Positions 26,073-36,109 are shown, numbered from the stretch's first letter. The stretch: DNA of 64,000 bases from Candidatus Multivoradales bacterium (GCA_965223155.1 CBDCVR010000015.1:640001-704000), one strand, 5' to 3'. Numbers and translations are program-made. Notes: a model not told the origin generated them from the letters alone.

Positions 26073-28040
26073 CTAGTACCAAGTAACCCGGCGTACCGGC
26101 TGGAAGAGCCCGGTCGCCCGGGCGCATTCCGGTTCTACGGGACAAAGGTCGCACTCGGGCTCGGACATCTCCGGACATCGAGAGCGGTTTTGAAACAGGA
26201 AGAAATCGACGGCGCCCATCGAAAGGCCGGACGCCGAAGCTAGCTCGGCCACGGCCAGATAGGAGGCTTCCCGGACGGCGTCGTGCTCGGCAGCCGTCAG
26301 GAGCCGGCGCGCTTCGAGCCGGCCGCGGAGCTGGGGATCTTCGATCCGCACCAGACCCATGCGCAGGCAGCTTCGCTGGACGTGGTAATCGACGATCGGC
26401 GCCAGCTCGTCGGGCCGCTCGCCAGAGGGTCCCGCGGACGAGTCGAGCCAGCGCTCGGGCCGTTGCCGCAGAATTGCCGCCAGCAGCATCGCCTTCTTGC
26501 GAAGAGGATCCTCACGCAGGCCGGGGAGGTGGTCGAGCTGGACGAGCAACGTCCCAAGCGGCTCCGACGCCTCGTTGGCTCGGGTCACGATGGCCGCCGG
26601 CGAACGCCGCCACTCCTTCAGCACCTCCCCATACGAGCTCAGAAGCCGCCAGCGCTCAGCCATCTGCGGGAACGGGCAGACGCCATCGTCCGCCGCCAGG
26701 CGGCGCTCGAGCTCTTCCGGCCGGAGAGCGGCCAGCCGCTCGGGGGTAAACGCCGACCGGTCCTGCCGGAGCCAGCGAAGAAAGGCGGCAAAGAGCGCGT
26801 CCGAGCCTTTGAGACGATCACCGCCGATCCGGGTCCACATCGGCCCAGCGTAAGCCCGCCCATCGTCGTGCCAGAATCCGAACTGAAGCACCGTCACGGC
26901 AAAGAAGAGCTCCAGAGCGCCCTCTTCCTCAGGATCCGGAAACCACGGGCCCACGAACCCAAATACAGTAACTTCATGGTTACCAGACAAGAGCCTGCCG
27001 ATCTGTTGGACTCGGGCCTGATCGACCCGGGCCGCCTTGGTCTCTCGAACGGCCCCGGAGCCTCCCAACCGCCCGCTCCAAACGCCCTCAGAAGCCCCGC
27101 CCGCGCCGGCCTCATCCGCCAGGCTCAAGAGACGCGCGCGCCCTCCGGCCCCAAGCACCCTTGAGGCCAGGGAGACGCCTCGGCGGGCGACGAGCACTGG
27201 ATGCTCGCGGCGGGCCAGGCCCGCCAGGGCGGCACCGCAGAACATGTCGCCGCCACCGGTCGGGTCCGTGACGGGCGCGAGGGCATCGATCCGAGAGGAC
27301 AGAACCGGCCCGGCGGCCTTGGCCGGGGCCGCCTCCCGGACCGGCTCCGACACCACCCGGGTCGAAAACGACCCTTGCACCACCAAAGCGCCACGGGCAC
27401 CGAGGGTCACCAGGCGCAGCCGGCCCGGAGGCGTCGCCAGCGCTTCAGGCATCACCGAGTCATCCTCGGTCACGAGCCAGCCGAAAAGCGAGCGATGCTC
27501 TTCCTCGTTGCAGAAGAAGACGTCGGCCAGCGCGATCGCGGCCAGGAGCTCGGGACGGGCCGCCGCGGCCGCGGCCGGATAAGTCCCCGTCGCCACCAAG
27601 CCGCTCAGGGACCTGAGCTCGCGAACCATCGCCAGTTGGCGCTCGGTCTCGGCGAACGGAATCGAGAAGGCAGCCGCCCACGGGCCGGCGGCGGATCCCA
27701 GCATCGAGATCTCGAGGTCGCTCTCAGCGCCGGGATCGGCGTCCACATAGCGGGCCCGGCCCGCGCCGTCGATCTCGATCTCGAAGCGCGGCAGATCCTC
27801 GACGGCAACCTTGGGACCGAGCCATTCGAGACGGCCGTTCGCCCCGGCCAGCTCGGGCGGCATCGGATCCGGGCGCGGCGCGAGCATGGTCACCTGGGCC
27901 CCGGCGGCCTCCGCCGCCAGAGCGGTAAAGAGCCCGGCGCCGCCGAACATTCGCCGCTCCTCCACACCGGTCCGGACCCGATCCCGGGAGGCTCCCCCGA
28001 CGATCAGGATGCGAGGCCTAGAACCGCTGACGCCGGTCAG
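26073..28040 (-). CDS. PfkB-family kinase fused to a queuosine-salvage (Qng1/DUF2419)-like domain with C-terminal 4-Cys motif
   Basis: N-half ILIVGGASRD, GGAG, FCNEEE, VTLGARGA, DPTGGGD. C-half QFGFW, RKKAMLL, VDYHVQRSCLRMG, C-x7-C-x2-C-x5-C. Start placed at CTG 28040. Confidence 0.75.
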   Translation of the reverse strand: MTGVSGSRPRILIVGGASRDRVRTGVEERRMFGGAGLFTALAAEAAGAQVTMLAPRPDPMPPELAGANGRLEWLGPKVAVEDLPRFEIEIDGAGRARYVDADPGAESDLEISMLGSAAGPWAAAFSIPFAETERQLAMVRELRSLSGLVATGTYPAAAAAARPELLAAIALADVFFCNEEEHRSLFGWLVTEDDSVMPEALATPPGRLRLVTLGARGALVVQGSFSTRVVSEPVREAAPAKAAGPVLSSRIDALAPVTDPTGGGDMFCGAALAGLARREHPVLVARRGVSLASRVLGAGGRARLLSLADEAGAGGASEGVWSGRLGGSGAVRETKAARVDQARVQQIGRLLSGNHEVTVFGFVGPWFPDPEEEGALELFFAVTVLQFGFWHDDGRAYAGPMWTRIGGDRLKGSDALFAAFLRWLRQDRSAFTPERLAALRPEELERRLAADDGVCPFPQMAERWRLLSSYGEVLKEWRRSPAAIVTRANEASEPLGTLLVQLDHLPGLREDPLRKKAMLLAAILRQRPERWLDSSAGPSGERPDELAPIVDYHVQRSCLRMGLVRIEDPQLRGRLEARRLLTAAEHDAVREASYLAVAELASASGLSMGAVDFFLFQNRSRCPEMSEPECDLCPVEPECARATGLFQPVRRVTWY

Positions 28041-28076
28041 GATCGATCCCCTTCGCGGCCGCGGTCCCAGAAGCCG

Positions 28077-29321
28077 CTAGGCCGACTCGACCGGCAGAAC
28101 ACCGTCCAGAACCTCGCTCGAGCTCTCCTCGTCGCGCCCAATCCCGGCCGCCAGCAGACGCGCGCCGACCATCAAGATCGCGGCCAGCCAGAACGGCCAC
28201 CGAATGCCGACGTGCTGAAAGACCGCACCCGCCCAGATCGGGCCGACCATGCGAGCCACGCCGCCGAAGGCCTGCTGAACGCCCAGGATCAAGCCGGTCT
28301 GGCCTTCGGGCGCGCGGTGCGAGACCAGCGAGGTCGTGGTGGGGAACAAGAGGGCCGTCCCGACCGGAATCAGCAATACGCCGGCGCACAGCGTCCAGAT
28401 CGATCCGGCAAAGGGCGCCGCCGCCATGCCCACCGCTACCGCCAGCGCGCCCAGCCGCATCGCTCCGCGCTCGCCGAACCTTGCCACCGCCGGGCCCAGA
28501 AGAAGCGATCGCATCACCAGCGACACGCCGCCGATGTACATGAAGAACCAGCCGATGGTCTTCTCATTGATACCAAAGACGCGCTCGAGGTAAAGCGCGA
28601 AGATCCCGTTCATGGCCATGAACGCCATCATGCCCAGGGTGTAAACCCAGACCAGCCGGGCCAGAGGATGGGCGGGATGCCGCAGGAAGGCTCCAATGGC
28701 CTTGCGCACGCTGCCTCGACGTCGCTTCGTCGCCCCGTCGGCCGCCCGACCGGATCCACTTGCCGAGCTCGACTCGGGCAGCCAGCGCAAGCCAAAGGCG
28801 AAATTAAGGACGCACAGGATCGCCGCCAGGTAGCCGGGGCCGATCCAGCCCAGCGCGGCCGCCAACGATCCCAGCGCCGGACCCATCATGACGCCGGCGC
28901 TGGTGGCCGCCGTCAGCCAGCCCAGAGCCTTGGCGCGATCCTGCCGCGGCACCGAGTCACTGACGTAGGCCTGAACGACGCCGGTCGTGCCGCTGCCGGC
29001 CCCCTGGACGAAGCGAGACAGGAAGAGCAGCCAGACGGCATCCGCCACTTCGAAGATGGTGTAGGCACCGGCCGAGACCAGAAGACCCAGCAGAATCATC
29101 GGGCGGCGCCCATAGTGGTCCGAGAGCCGGCCCCAGAGCGGCGCCGTGATGAGCTGGGCAAGCGCGAACATCGAAACCAGGGCTCCGACTCGGATCGGAT
29201 CGGCTCCCAGCTTTTCGGCGTAGAAAGGCAGAAGCGGCAGGACGATGAAGAACCCCAGCATGTCGACGAAGACCGTCGCCATCAGCACCCAGATCCTGCG
29301 CAGCGGATGGCCGTCGCTCAT
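28077..29321 (-). CDS. MFS transporter (TetA/DHA1-like)
   Basis: GRLSDHYGRRP motif A and 12 TM segments; ATG overlaps the permease stop. Confidence 0.92.
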   Translation of the reverse strand: MSDGHPLRRIWVLMATVFVDMLGFFIVLPLLPFYAEKLGADPIRVGALVSMFALAQLITAPLWGRLSDHYGRRPMILLGLLVSAGAYTIFEVADAVWLLFLSRFVQGAGSGTTGVVQAYVSDSVPRQDRAKALGWLTAATSAGVMMGPALGSLAAALGWIGPGYLAAILCVLNFAFGLRWLPESSSASGSGRAADGATKRRRGSVRKAIGAFLRHPAHPLARLVWVYTLGMMAFMAMNGIFALYLERVFGINEKTIGWFFMYIGGVSLVMRSLLLGPAVARFGERGAMRLGALAVAVGMAAAPFAGSIWTLCAGVLLIPVGTALLFPTTTSLVSHRAPEGQTGLILGVQQAFGGVARMVGPIWAGAVFQHVGIRWPFWLAAILMVGARLLAAGIGRDEESSSEVLDGVLPVESA

Positions 29322-31012
29322 GCCGTCGCCTCCCGGCGGCTCCAGGCCACGAATGCGAATGCGCTTGCCACCATGAGCAGGACGCCGTAGGCGGCGGCGA
29401 CTCCAGTTTCTTGCAGACGCAGGTTCGACAGAATCTCGATCGAGATCGGCCGGGTTTCGAAGGTGTAGAGGACGATCGAGGTGACGAAGTCCCCAAGCGC
29501 GGTGATGAACGCCAGCCCGGCGCCGGCGGCCAGCGCCGGACGCACCATCGGTAACACCACCCGGCGCAGCCGCAGCCAGCGGCCCGCGCCCAGTCCGGCC
29601 GCGGCCTCCTCCAGCGTTCGATCGAATTGCCGTAAGCCGGCAAAAGCGCTCCTGCCGGTGACCGGAAGGCTGCGCACCAGGTACGCCAGGGGCAGGATCA
29701 CCGGCGTGCCGATCAGAACGAACCGGCCGGCCCATGGGGCCGAAACCGCGAACGCGGTTGCCAGAGCGATGGCGAAGACGGTGCCGGGAATCGCCCAGGG
29801 CAGGGCGACCAGGGTCTCCAAAAGCGAGCCCAGCCGGCCGCCCCGGGCCAGCGCCGTGCGCGCCGTAGCCAGGCCTAGAGCCAGCGCTCCGGCGGTCGAG
29901 GCCGCCGCCATCCACAGAGAATTCCCGACCGGCCGCAGCCGCTCAGGCGCCGAGATCAGCGACCGGTAGTTGGACAGGTCCAGGACTGGCGGCAGCGCTT
30001 CGACCGTCCACGTCCCGGAAGGCACGAACGACACCACCAGCAGCGTCAAGTGCGGCAGAAGAAGAAAGAGCGCGAGCGACCATCCGGCGGCGGTCGCCAG
30101 AGCTCGCGCGGCCGGGCTCTCGAGCGACCGCCGCCGCGGGGCCAGTCCGCGCACGCCGCCGATGACCGCCGAGCGGCGCCGATCGAAGGCGATCAAGGCC
30201 CCGAGACCGGCCACCGCCACCAGCGCCAGGACTACGGTCTCGACCTGGGCCATCGTGGTCTCGCCGTTGAGCTTCGAGGCGACGATCTGGGTGGTCATCA
30301 CCCGGAAGCCGCCGCCAAAGATGTACGGCGCCGAAAACGACGACAGCGAGGTCATGAAGGTCAGAAGCGCGGCGCCCGCCAGCGCCGGCTTGAGAAGCGG
30401 CAGAACCACCCGCCGGAGCCGCGCCCAGCGACCCGCCCCGAGCGCCGCCGCCGCTTCTTCCATCGATGGGTCGAGCCGGCTCAGCGCGGCCCGCGCGAAG
30501 AGGTAGAAATAGACGTACATCGAATAGGCGTGCACCAAGAGAATGGCACCGGCGCCGCGCAGCCGCCACGGCGGCCGCTCCAGCCCCAGGACAAAGCCGG
30601 CCGCCCGCGTCAGAAAGCCGCTCTCGCCGTACAGGAAGAGAAAGGCCAGAACGCCGACCAGCGGTGGCAGCGCCACCGGCAGGGCGATCAATCCGCCCAG
30701 AACGGCCCTGCCGGGAAACTCGAAACGCTCGAAGACGAACGCCAGGGGCACGCCGACTGCCGCCGCCAGCGCCACCGAGGCGAGCGAGATCCAGACGCTG
30801 CGCCAGAGCGCCAACCACTCGTCCGGCCGGCGGCCAAACTCGGCAAAACCAGCGAACGACGGTTGCGTCGGAATCCCGAGCGCTTCGAGTACCGTCAGCG
30901 CCAGCGGATAGCCCACCAGCCAGGCGAGAACGAGAGCCAGAGCCGGCCCCCAGAGCCGATTTCGGAGCCGGGACCGAATCGGCCCGGGCGCCCGCCGCGG
31001 CTCGGCGCTCAA
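29318..31012 (-). CDS. ABC transporter permease (FbpB/AfuB/ThiP class)
   Basis: Two EEAAAxLGA motifs. Confidence 0.9.
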   Translation of the reverse strand: MSAEPRRAPGPIRSRLRNRLWGPALALVLAWLVGYPLALTVLEALGIPTQPSFAGFAEFGRRPDEWLALWRSVWISLASVALAAAVGVPLAFVFERFEFPGRAVLGGLIALPVALPPLVGVLAFLFLYGESGFLTRAAGFVLGLERPPWRLRGAGAILLVHAYSMYVYFYLFARAALSRLDPSMEEAAAALGAGRWARLRRVVLPLLKPALAGAALLTFMTSLSSFSAPYIFGGGFRVMTTQIVASKLNGETTMAQVETVVLALVAVAGLGALIAFDRRRSAVIGGVRGLAPRRRSLESPAARALATAAGWSLALFLLLPHLTLLVVSFVPSGTWTVEALPPVLDLSNYRSLISAPERLRPVGNSLWMAAASTAGALALGLATARTALARGGRLGSLLETLVALPWAIPGTVFAIALATAFAVSAPWAGRFVLIGTPVILPLAYLVRSLPVTGRSAFAGLRQFDRTLEEAAAGLGAGRWLRLRRVVLPMVRPALAAGAGLAFITALGDFVTSIVLYTFETRPISIEILSNLRLQETGVAAAYGVLLMVASAFAFVAWSRREATA

Positions 31013-32088
31013 GAGCGCACCCGCTCGGCAGCGGCGAAGGCAACCGGTGGATGAGCGTCCGGACGCGGCTCGAGAGTGACCTCGGCGCCCGGCGTCCGGT
31101 CGGACTCATCCAGCCACTCGACCGTACCGCCAGACGCCAACCGGCCGGTCACGAGGCTGTCCCGGCCCACGAACCGGCGCTCCTCGACCTGCGCAGCGAG
31201 GGTCGAGCCCGCCCGGGTCGGGCCAACCGGACCCGGGCCCGAAGTTGCTCTCCAGAACTCGGGCCGCACATAGAGCTCGACGCGCTCGCCGGCACTCAGT
31301 CGCCCCGTCCCGACCTCGGCCGGAAGGCTCGATCCGTTCTCGAGCTCGACCGTGCCGTCCTCTCGCCAGCGCCCGGCGAGCACCGACGACCTGCCCACGA
31401 AACCGGCCACGAACGGGGTCTCGGGCCGGCGGTAGATGGCCTCGGGCGTGCCCACCTGATGCAACCGCCCTTCTTCGAGTACTGCCACCAAGGTACCTAC
31501 GTCGAACGCCTCGTCTTGTTCGTGCGTCACCCAGACCGCGGTGATCCCGATCCGGTCGAGGGTGGCCGCCAGCTCGCGCCGCGTTCGCTCGCGCAGATCC
31601 GGGTCCAGGTTCGAGAGCGGCTCGTCCAGGAGCAGCACGTCCGGCTCCGGTGCCAGCGCCCGTGCCAGCGCGACCCGTTGCTGCTGACCGCCGGAGATCG
31701 CGTCCACCCGCCGGTCGGCGAAGTCCTCGAGATCGACCGCCGCCAACGCCTTGTCGATCCGGCCGGCCGGGTCGAGGCCACGGGCCTCAAGACCGAACGC
31801 CACGTTCTCGCCCACCGACAGGTGTGGGAAAAGCGCGTAGTGCTGGAACACCATGCCGAAGTTGCGCCGCTCAGGAGGAAGCTCGCCCAGCGAGCCGCCG
31901 GCCAGGCGTACGTCACCGGTGTCCGCCCGCTCGAAGCCGGCAACGAGACGCAGCAGCGTCGTCTTACCGCTGCCGCTCCGGCCCAGGAGGACCAAAGTGT
32001 CGCCCTCTTCGACCGACACCGAAACATCGCTCAGTACCCGGCTCGAACCGAAGTGCTTCGACAGCGAGTCCAACTCGAGATAGGCCAC
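31009..32088 (-). CDS. ABC transporter ATP-binding protein
   Basis: GRSGSGKT, ISGGQ, LLLDEP. Confidence 0.92.
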   Translation of the reverse strand: MAYLELDSLSKHFGSSRVLSDVSVSVEEGDTLVLLGRSGSGKTTLLRLVAGFERADTGDVRLAGGSLGELPPERRNFGMVFQHYALFPHLSVGENVAFGLEARGLDPAGRIDKALAAVDLEDFADRRVDAISGGQQQRVALARALAPEPDVLLLDEPLSNLDPDLRERTRRELAATLDRIGITAVWVTHEQDEAFDVGTLVAVLEEGRLHQVGTPEAIYRRPETPFVAGFVGRSSVLAGRWREDGTVELENGSSLPAEVGTGRLSAGERVELYVRPEFWRATSGPGPVGPTRAGSTLAAQVEERRFVGRDSLVTGRLASGGTVEWLDESDRTPGAEVTLEPRPDAHPPVAFAAAERVRS

Positions 32089-32092
32089 GCTC

Positions 32093-33196
32093 TCAGCTCT
32101 TCGCCCGGACCGTGCGGTCCCACCGGGTCATCCAACCCTGGCCGCGGGAGGCGACGAGATCCCAGTCGAGTTCGGCGGGAACGATCTCGGCCAAGGCGCG
32201 CTCCGCCCAGTCCGGTAGCGACCCGGCCGGAAGGTCCTGCCTGGCCGGCAACCGGAAGGCGCCTTCCGCCACTAGACGTAACGCCTCGTCACCGCCCAGC
32301 CACTCGACCAAGCGCCGGGCCTCGGCTTGGTGCGGCGCTCCCGCGACGACGCCGATCGCGTCGTCGATCACCGGCGTGCCAGACGCCGGGAAAACGTAGT
32401 CAATGGGCGCCTCCCGCTCCCGGAGCAGCAAAGCGTCGGTGAGCTCCCAGATCGTCACCAGCCCCTCTTGACGCAGGATCTTCTCGAACAGCAGCGCCGG
32501 ATTGACGACGTAGTCCGAGGTCTGCGCGTCGAGGCGTCGCAGCCACTCGAAGCCGGCCTCGTCGGATCCGGTCTCGGCCACCGATCGCGCCAGGATCAGG
32601 CCGAACGCCGTGCGCATGGTGCCACTGGCGAGCGGGTCCCGGATCACCACCTTGCCCCGCCAGCGCGGATCCAGAAGATCGTCCCAGTCGCGGGGCGCCT
32701 CCTCGGGCGACACCGCTTCCGAGTTGAAAAAGAGAATCGGTACCGCCCGGTAGAGGCCGAAGTACCGGTCGTCCGGATACCGGCTCGACTCCGGCAAGCG
32801 ATCCGCCCAGCTTGGCCGGAAAGACGCCAGGAGCTCTTCCTCCGCACCACGCGAGAAGATCGTGGCGGGACCGCCAAACCAGACGTCGGCCTGGGGATTG
32901 GCCCGCTCGGAGCGAACCCGGTCGTAGACCTCCTGCGAGCCCATGTCGAGCCAGCGCACGTCGACGTCCGGATTGGCCTCTTCGAAGGCCGCCTCCACCA
33001 ACTCGAGCAGATCGCGGCCGTGGGGCGAATACACGACGACCGGCGTGCGGCCATCCCCGCAACCACCGAAACCGACGAAGGCGGCGAGAGCCACCATGAC
33101 CGGCACGAGCTTCGGCGCCAGCACCGACATCTGGACCAAGCGGCGACGCCGGCGGCGGCGGCCAACCGCTCTAGCAGCACTCCACGTGAAGGACAT
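32093..33196 (-). CDS. ABC substrate-binding lipoprotein (AfuA/FbpA fold, lacking the iron YY pair)
   Basis: VYSPHG, NPQADVWFGG, DPLASGT; start uncertain. Confidence 0.85.
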   Translation of the reverse strand: MSFTWSAARAVGRRRRRRRLVQMSVLAPKLVPVMVALAAFVGFGGCGDGRTPVVVYSPHGRDLLELVEAAFEEANPDVDVRWLDMGSQEVYDRVRSERANPQADVWFGGPATIFSRGAEEELLASFRPSWADRLPESSRYPDDRYFGLYRAVPILFFNSEAVSPEEAPRDWDDLLDPRWRGKVVIRDPLASGTMRTAFGLILARSVAETGSDEAGFEWLRRLDAQTSDYVVNPALLFEKILRQEGLVTIWELTDALLLREREAPIDYVFPASGTPVIDDAIGVVAGAPHQAEARRLVEWLGGDEALRLVAEGAFRLPARQDLPAGSLPDWAERALAEIVPAELDWDLVASRGQGWMTRWDRTVRAKS

Positions 33197-33317
33197 GGGC
33201 CGGCATTCTATCCGGCGCCCCAGCTACCTTAGGCCCCCTTCTCGATATGCTCTCGCCCCCGGTTCCAGCGGCACGAGGTCGCCCCGCCGGAGGCCGCTAG
33301 AGCTTTCGACGAACACC

Positions 33318-35768
33318 ATGAACCCCCCGTCCGACGATCGAGCCATCCTCGAGGCGTACCGGCGCTGGGGCTATCTGGCCGCCGACCTGGACTGGCTGGG
33401 CCGCCTCGAACCCCTGGAGCATCCCGACCTCGCCAACGAGGGGGCAGAAGCCGAGCGGGCACGCTCTCTCTACTGCGGCACGATGGCGGTGGAGTTCGGC
33501 CACATCCCGGACCCAGACCGCCGGGCCTGGATCGCTAGCGCCATCGAGGACCAGCCGCTCGAGCCCCGCCTCGACGCCACCAGGATCCTGGACGAGCTGA
33601 TCCGGGCGGCGACCTTCGAGGAGACCCTGCAACGGCGCTACATCGGCAACAAACGGTTCTCGGTCGAAGGGATCGAGGCCCTGATTCCGCTACTGAACGA
33701 GATGCTGGAAGAGGCCGCGGCCCACGACGCCGTTCAGGCGGTGCTGGCCATGAGCCACCGCGGCCGCCTCAACGTCATGGCCCACGTCGTGGGCGTTTCT
33801 CTCGACAAGCTCCTGGCCGGATTCGAGGACGTGGACCCCAAGTCGATCTTCGGCGCGGGCGACGTCAAGTACCACCTCGGCGCGACCGGAACCTACAAGG
33901 CAATGGACGGCCACTCCATTGGTATCCATTTGATTTCCAATCCGAGCCATCTCGAAGCCGTGGATCCGGTGGCCATGGGCCGCGTCCGCGCCAAGCAGGA
34001 GCGGCTTGGGGACACCCAGGGAAGTCGGATCGTTCCGATCGTGCTTCACGGCGACGCCGCCTTCGCCGGACAAGGCGTTGCGGCCGAGACCCTGAACCTT
34101 GCCGGAATCGAGGGGTTCAGCGTAGGCGGCACCGTTCACGTCGTCGTCAACAACCTGATCGGGTTCACCACCGATCCGGAGGCGCTTCATTCATCCCGCT
34201 TCGCTTCCGACGTCGCCAAACGCCTGCCGGTGCCGATCGTCCACGTCAACGGGGAGGACCCCGACGCCGTGGTTCGGGCTGGCCGCTTGGCAATGGCCTA
34301 CCGCTACAGATTCGCGAGCGACGTCGTGGTCAACCTCATCGGCTACCGGCGCCACGGGCACAGCGAGATCGACGATCCCACGATGACCCAGCCGGCGCTC
34401 TACCGGACGATCCAAGAGCGGCCGCCCTTGTGGCGTGACTACGCCGCCCGGCTCGACTTCGATCCGGCAACGCTGGAGGGCATGGTCTCTTCGGTTACCG
34501 AAGAGCTGGATCGGGCCAAGCAGCGGGCCGAGACGCTGGACGAGATCCCGCTTCTGCGGCGCCTCCCGGACTACTGGAGCGCTTTCGACGGCGGTCCCTA
34601 CCGTAACGAGCTGGAAGTCGAGACCGGGCTCGAGATTCAGGACGTCGAAGACTACGCCCTCCGGCTGACCGCGGTGCCCGAGAGCTTCGCGGTCCACACC
34701 AAGCTCGCGAAGCTCCTCGAGCTCCGGCGCAAAATGGGCCGCGGCGAGGAGCCCGTCGACTTCGGCATGGCCGAGGCCCTCGCCTTTGCTTCCCTGGTCG
34801 ATGCCGGCCACCCGGTGCGCGTTTCGGGACAGGATTCCCGCCGCGGAACCTTCAGCCACCGTCACGCCGTGCTGACCGATAGCGCGTCGGGGAAGTCCTT
34901 CGCGCCCCTCGCCCACATCGCCGAGCATCAGGCGCCGTTCGCCATCTACAACTCCACCCTGTCCGAGGCCGCCGTCCTGGGCTTCGAATGCGGTTTCAGC
35001 CGCGACTATCCGGAGGCCCTGGTGGCCTGGGAGGCCCAGTTCGGAGACTTCGCCAACGGCGCCCAGATCATTTTCGATCAGTTCGTGACCGCCGGCGAAG
35101 ACAAGTGGGGCCTCCTGTCGGGCCTGGTCGTGCTCCTCCCTCACGGCTACGAGGGACAAGGGCCCGAGCACTCGAGCGCGCGCATGGAACGCTTCCTCCA
35201 GCTCGCGGCCGAGGACGCGATTCAGATCGCCTATCCCTCGACCGCGTGTCAGTACTTCCACCTCCTGCGCCGGCAGGCGCTGCGGAGCTGGCGCAAGCCC
35301 TTGATCGTCTTGACCCCGAAGAGCTTGCTGCGGCACCCGGCGGCGGCCTCGCCGCGCGACAACCTGGCCCGGCCGGGATTCCGGCTCATCTGGCCGGACG
35401 ACGAGGCCTCGGACCCACGCCGGGTGCTGCTCTGCACCGGCAAGGTCGCTCACGAGCTTCGCGCCGAGCGCCAGCGGCGGTCCGCGGGCGATATCGCCAT
35501 CGTCACGATCGAGCAGCTCTACCCGTTCCCCAGCAAAGCCCTGGCCGCCGAGTTGGATCGCTTCGGCGCGGCGCGCCACCTGCTCTGGGTCCAGGAGGAG
35601 CCGGCCAACATGGGAGCCCTTTCCTTCGTGCTGCCCGAGATCGAACGTTTGTCCCGCGACCGCCACGTGCGCACTGTCAAGCGCGCCGCGTCGGCCAGTC
35701 CGGCGACCGGCTCGGCCAAGGCTCACCGGCTGGAGCAGACGCGCTTGATCGAGCTCGCTTTCGCCTGA
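33318..35768 (+). CDS. sucA: 2-oxoglutarate dehydrogenase E1 component
   Basis: HRGRLN, DVKYHLG, NPSHLE, HGDAAFAGQG, WEAQFGDF, LPHGYEGQGPEHSSAR. Confidence 0.95.
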   Translation: MNPPSDDRAILEAYRRWGYLAADLDWLGRLEPLEHPDLANEGAEAERARSLYCGTMAVEFGHIPDPDRRAWIASAIEDQPLEPRLDATRILDELIRAATFEETLQRRYIGNKRFSVEGIEALIPLLNEMLEEAAAHDAVQAVLAMSHRGRLNVMAHVVGVSLDKLLAGFEDVDPKSIFGAGDVKYHLGATGTYKAMDGHSIGIHLISNPSHLEAVDPVAMGRVRAKQERLGDTQGSRIVPIVLHGDAAFAGQGVAAETLNLAGIEGFSVGGTVHVVVNNLIGFTTDPEALHSSRFASDVAKRLPVPIVHVNGEDPDAVVRAGRLAMAYRYRFASDVVVNLIGYRRHGHSEIDDPTMTQPALYRTIQERPPLWRDYAARLDFDPATLEGMVSSVTEELDRAKQRAETLDEIPLLRRLPDYWSAFDGGPYRNELEVETGLEIQDVEDYALRLTAVPESFAVHTKLAKLLELRRKMGRGEEPVDFGMAEALAFASLVDAGHPVRVSGQDSRRGTFSHRHAVLTDSASGKSFAPLAHIAEHQAPFAIYNSTLSEAAVLGFECGFSRDYPEALVAWEAQFGDFANGAQIIFDQFVTAGEDKWGLLSGLVVLLPHGYEGQGPEHSSARMERFLQLAAEDAIQIAYPSTACQYFHLLRRQALRSWRKPLIVLTPKSLLRHPAAASPRDNLARPGFRLIWPDDEASDPRRVLLCTGKVAHELRAERQRRSAGDIAIVTIEQLYPFPSKALAAELDRFGAARHLLWVQEEPANMGALSFVLPEIERLSRDRHVRTVKRAASASPATGSAKAHRLEQTRLIELAFA

Positions 35769-36109
35769 CCGGCATTCTCCCGAGCGTTGGTCTCGAGAGG
35801 CACGGACGGCTGAATCGAGCCGGGCCCATCGCACCAACTTCAGTCGGTTGAGGCCTCGGAGTAGGAGGGCAGATAGGCGAGCCGGTTGGCCGCCCGCGGC
35901 GGGGGCTAGAATGGCGGCCAGGCACTCGTATGGCCGCGCCACACTCGAACCGTCCCCGCCGAGCCCGAGGCACCCTGCGCTCGCAGCGTCAGGGGGACGG
36001 TAGCCTGGAAGCCGATCTTCCCGGCGCGCTCTTGGAGCTCTTCGGCAAACTCGGCAGCTCCGGCTCCGAGCCGTCCCTCGAGTCCGGTCCCAGCGACCAA
36101 GGAGGAATC

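Noticed and set aside
28077-29915. 612-aa extended MFS protein
   Set aside because: The first ~198 aa overlap the ABC permease in another frame; the real start is ATG 29321
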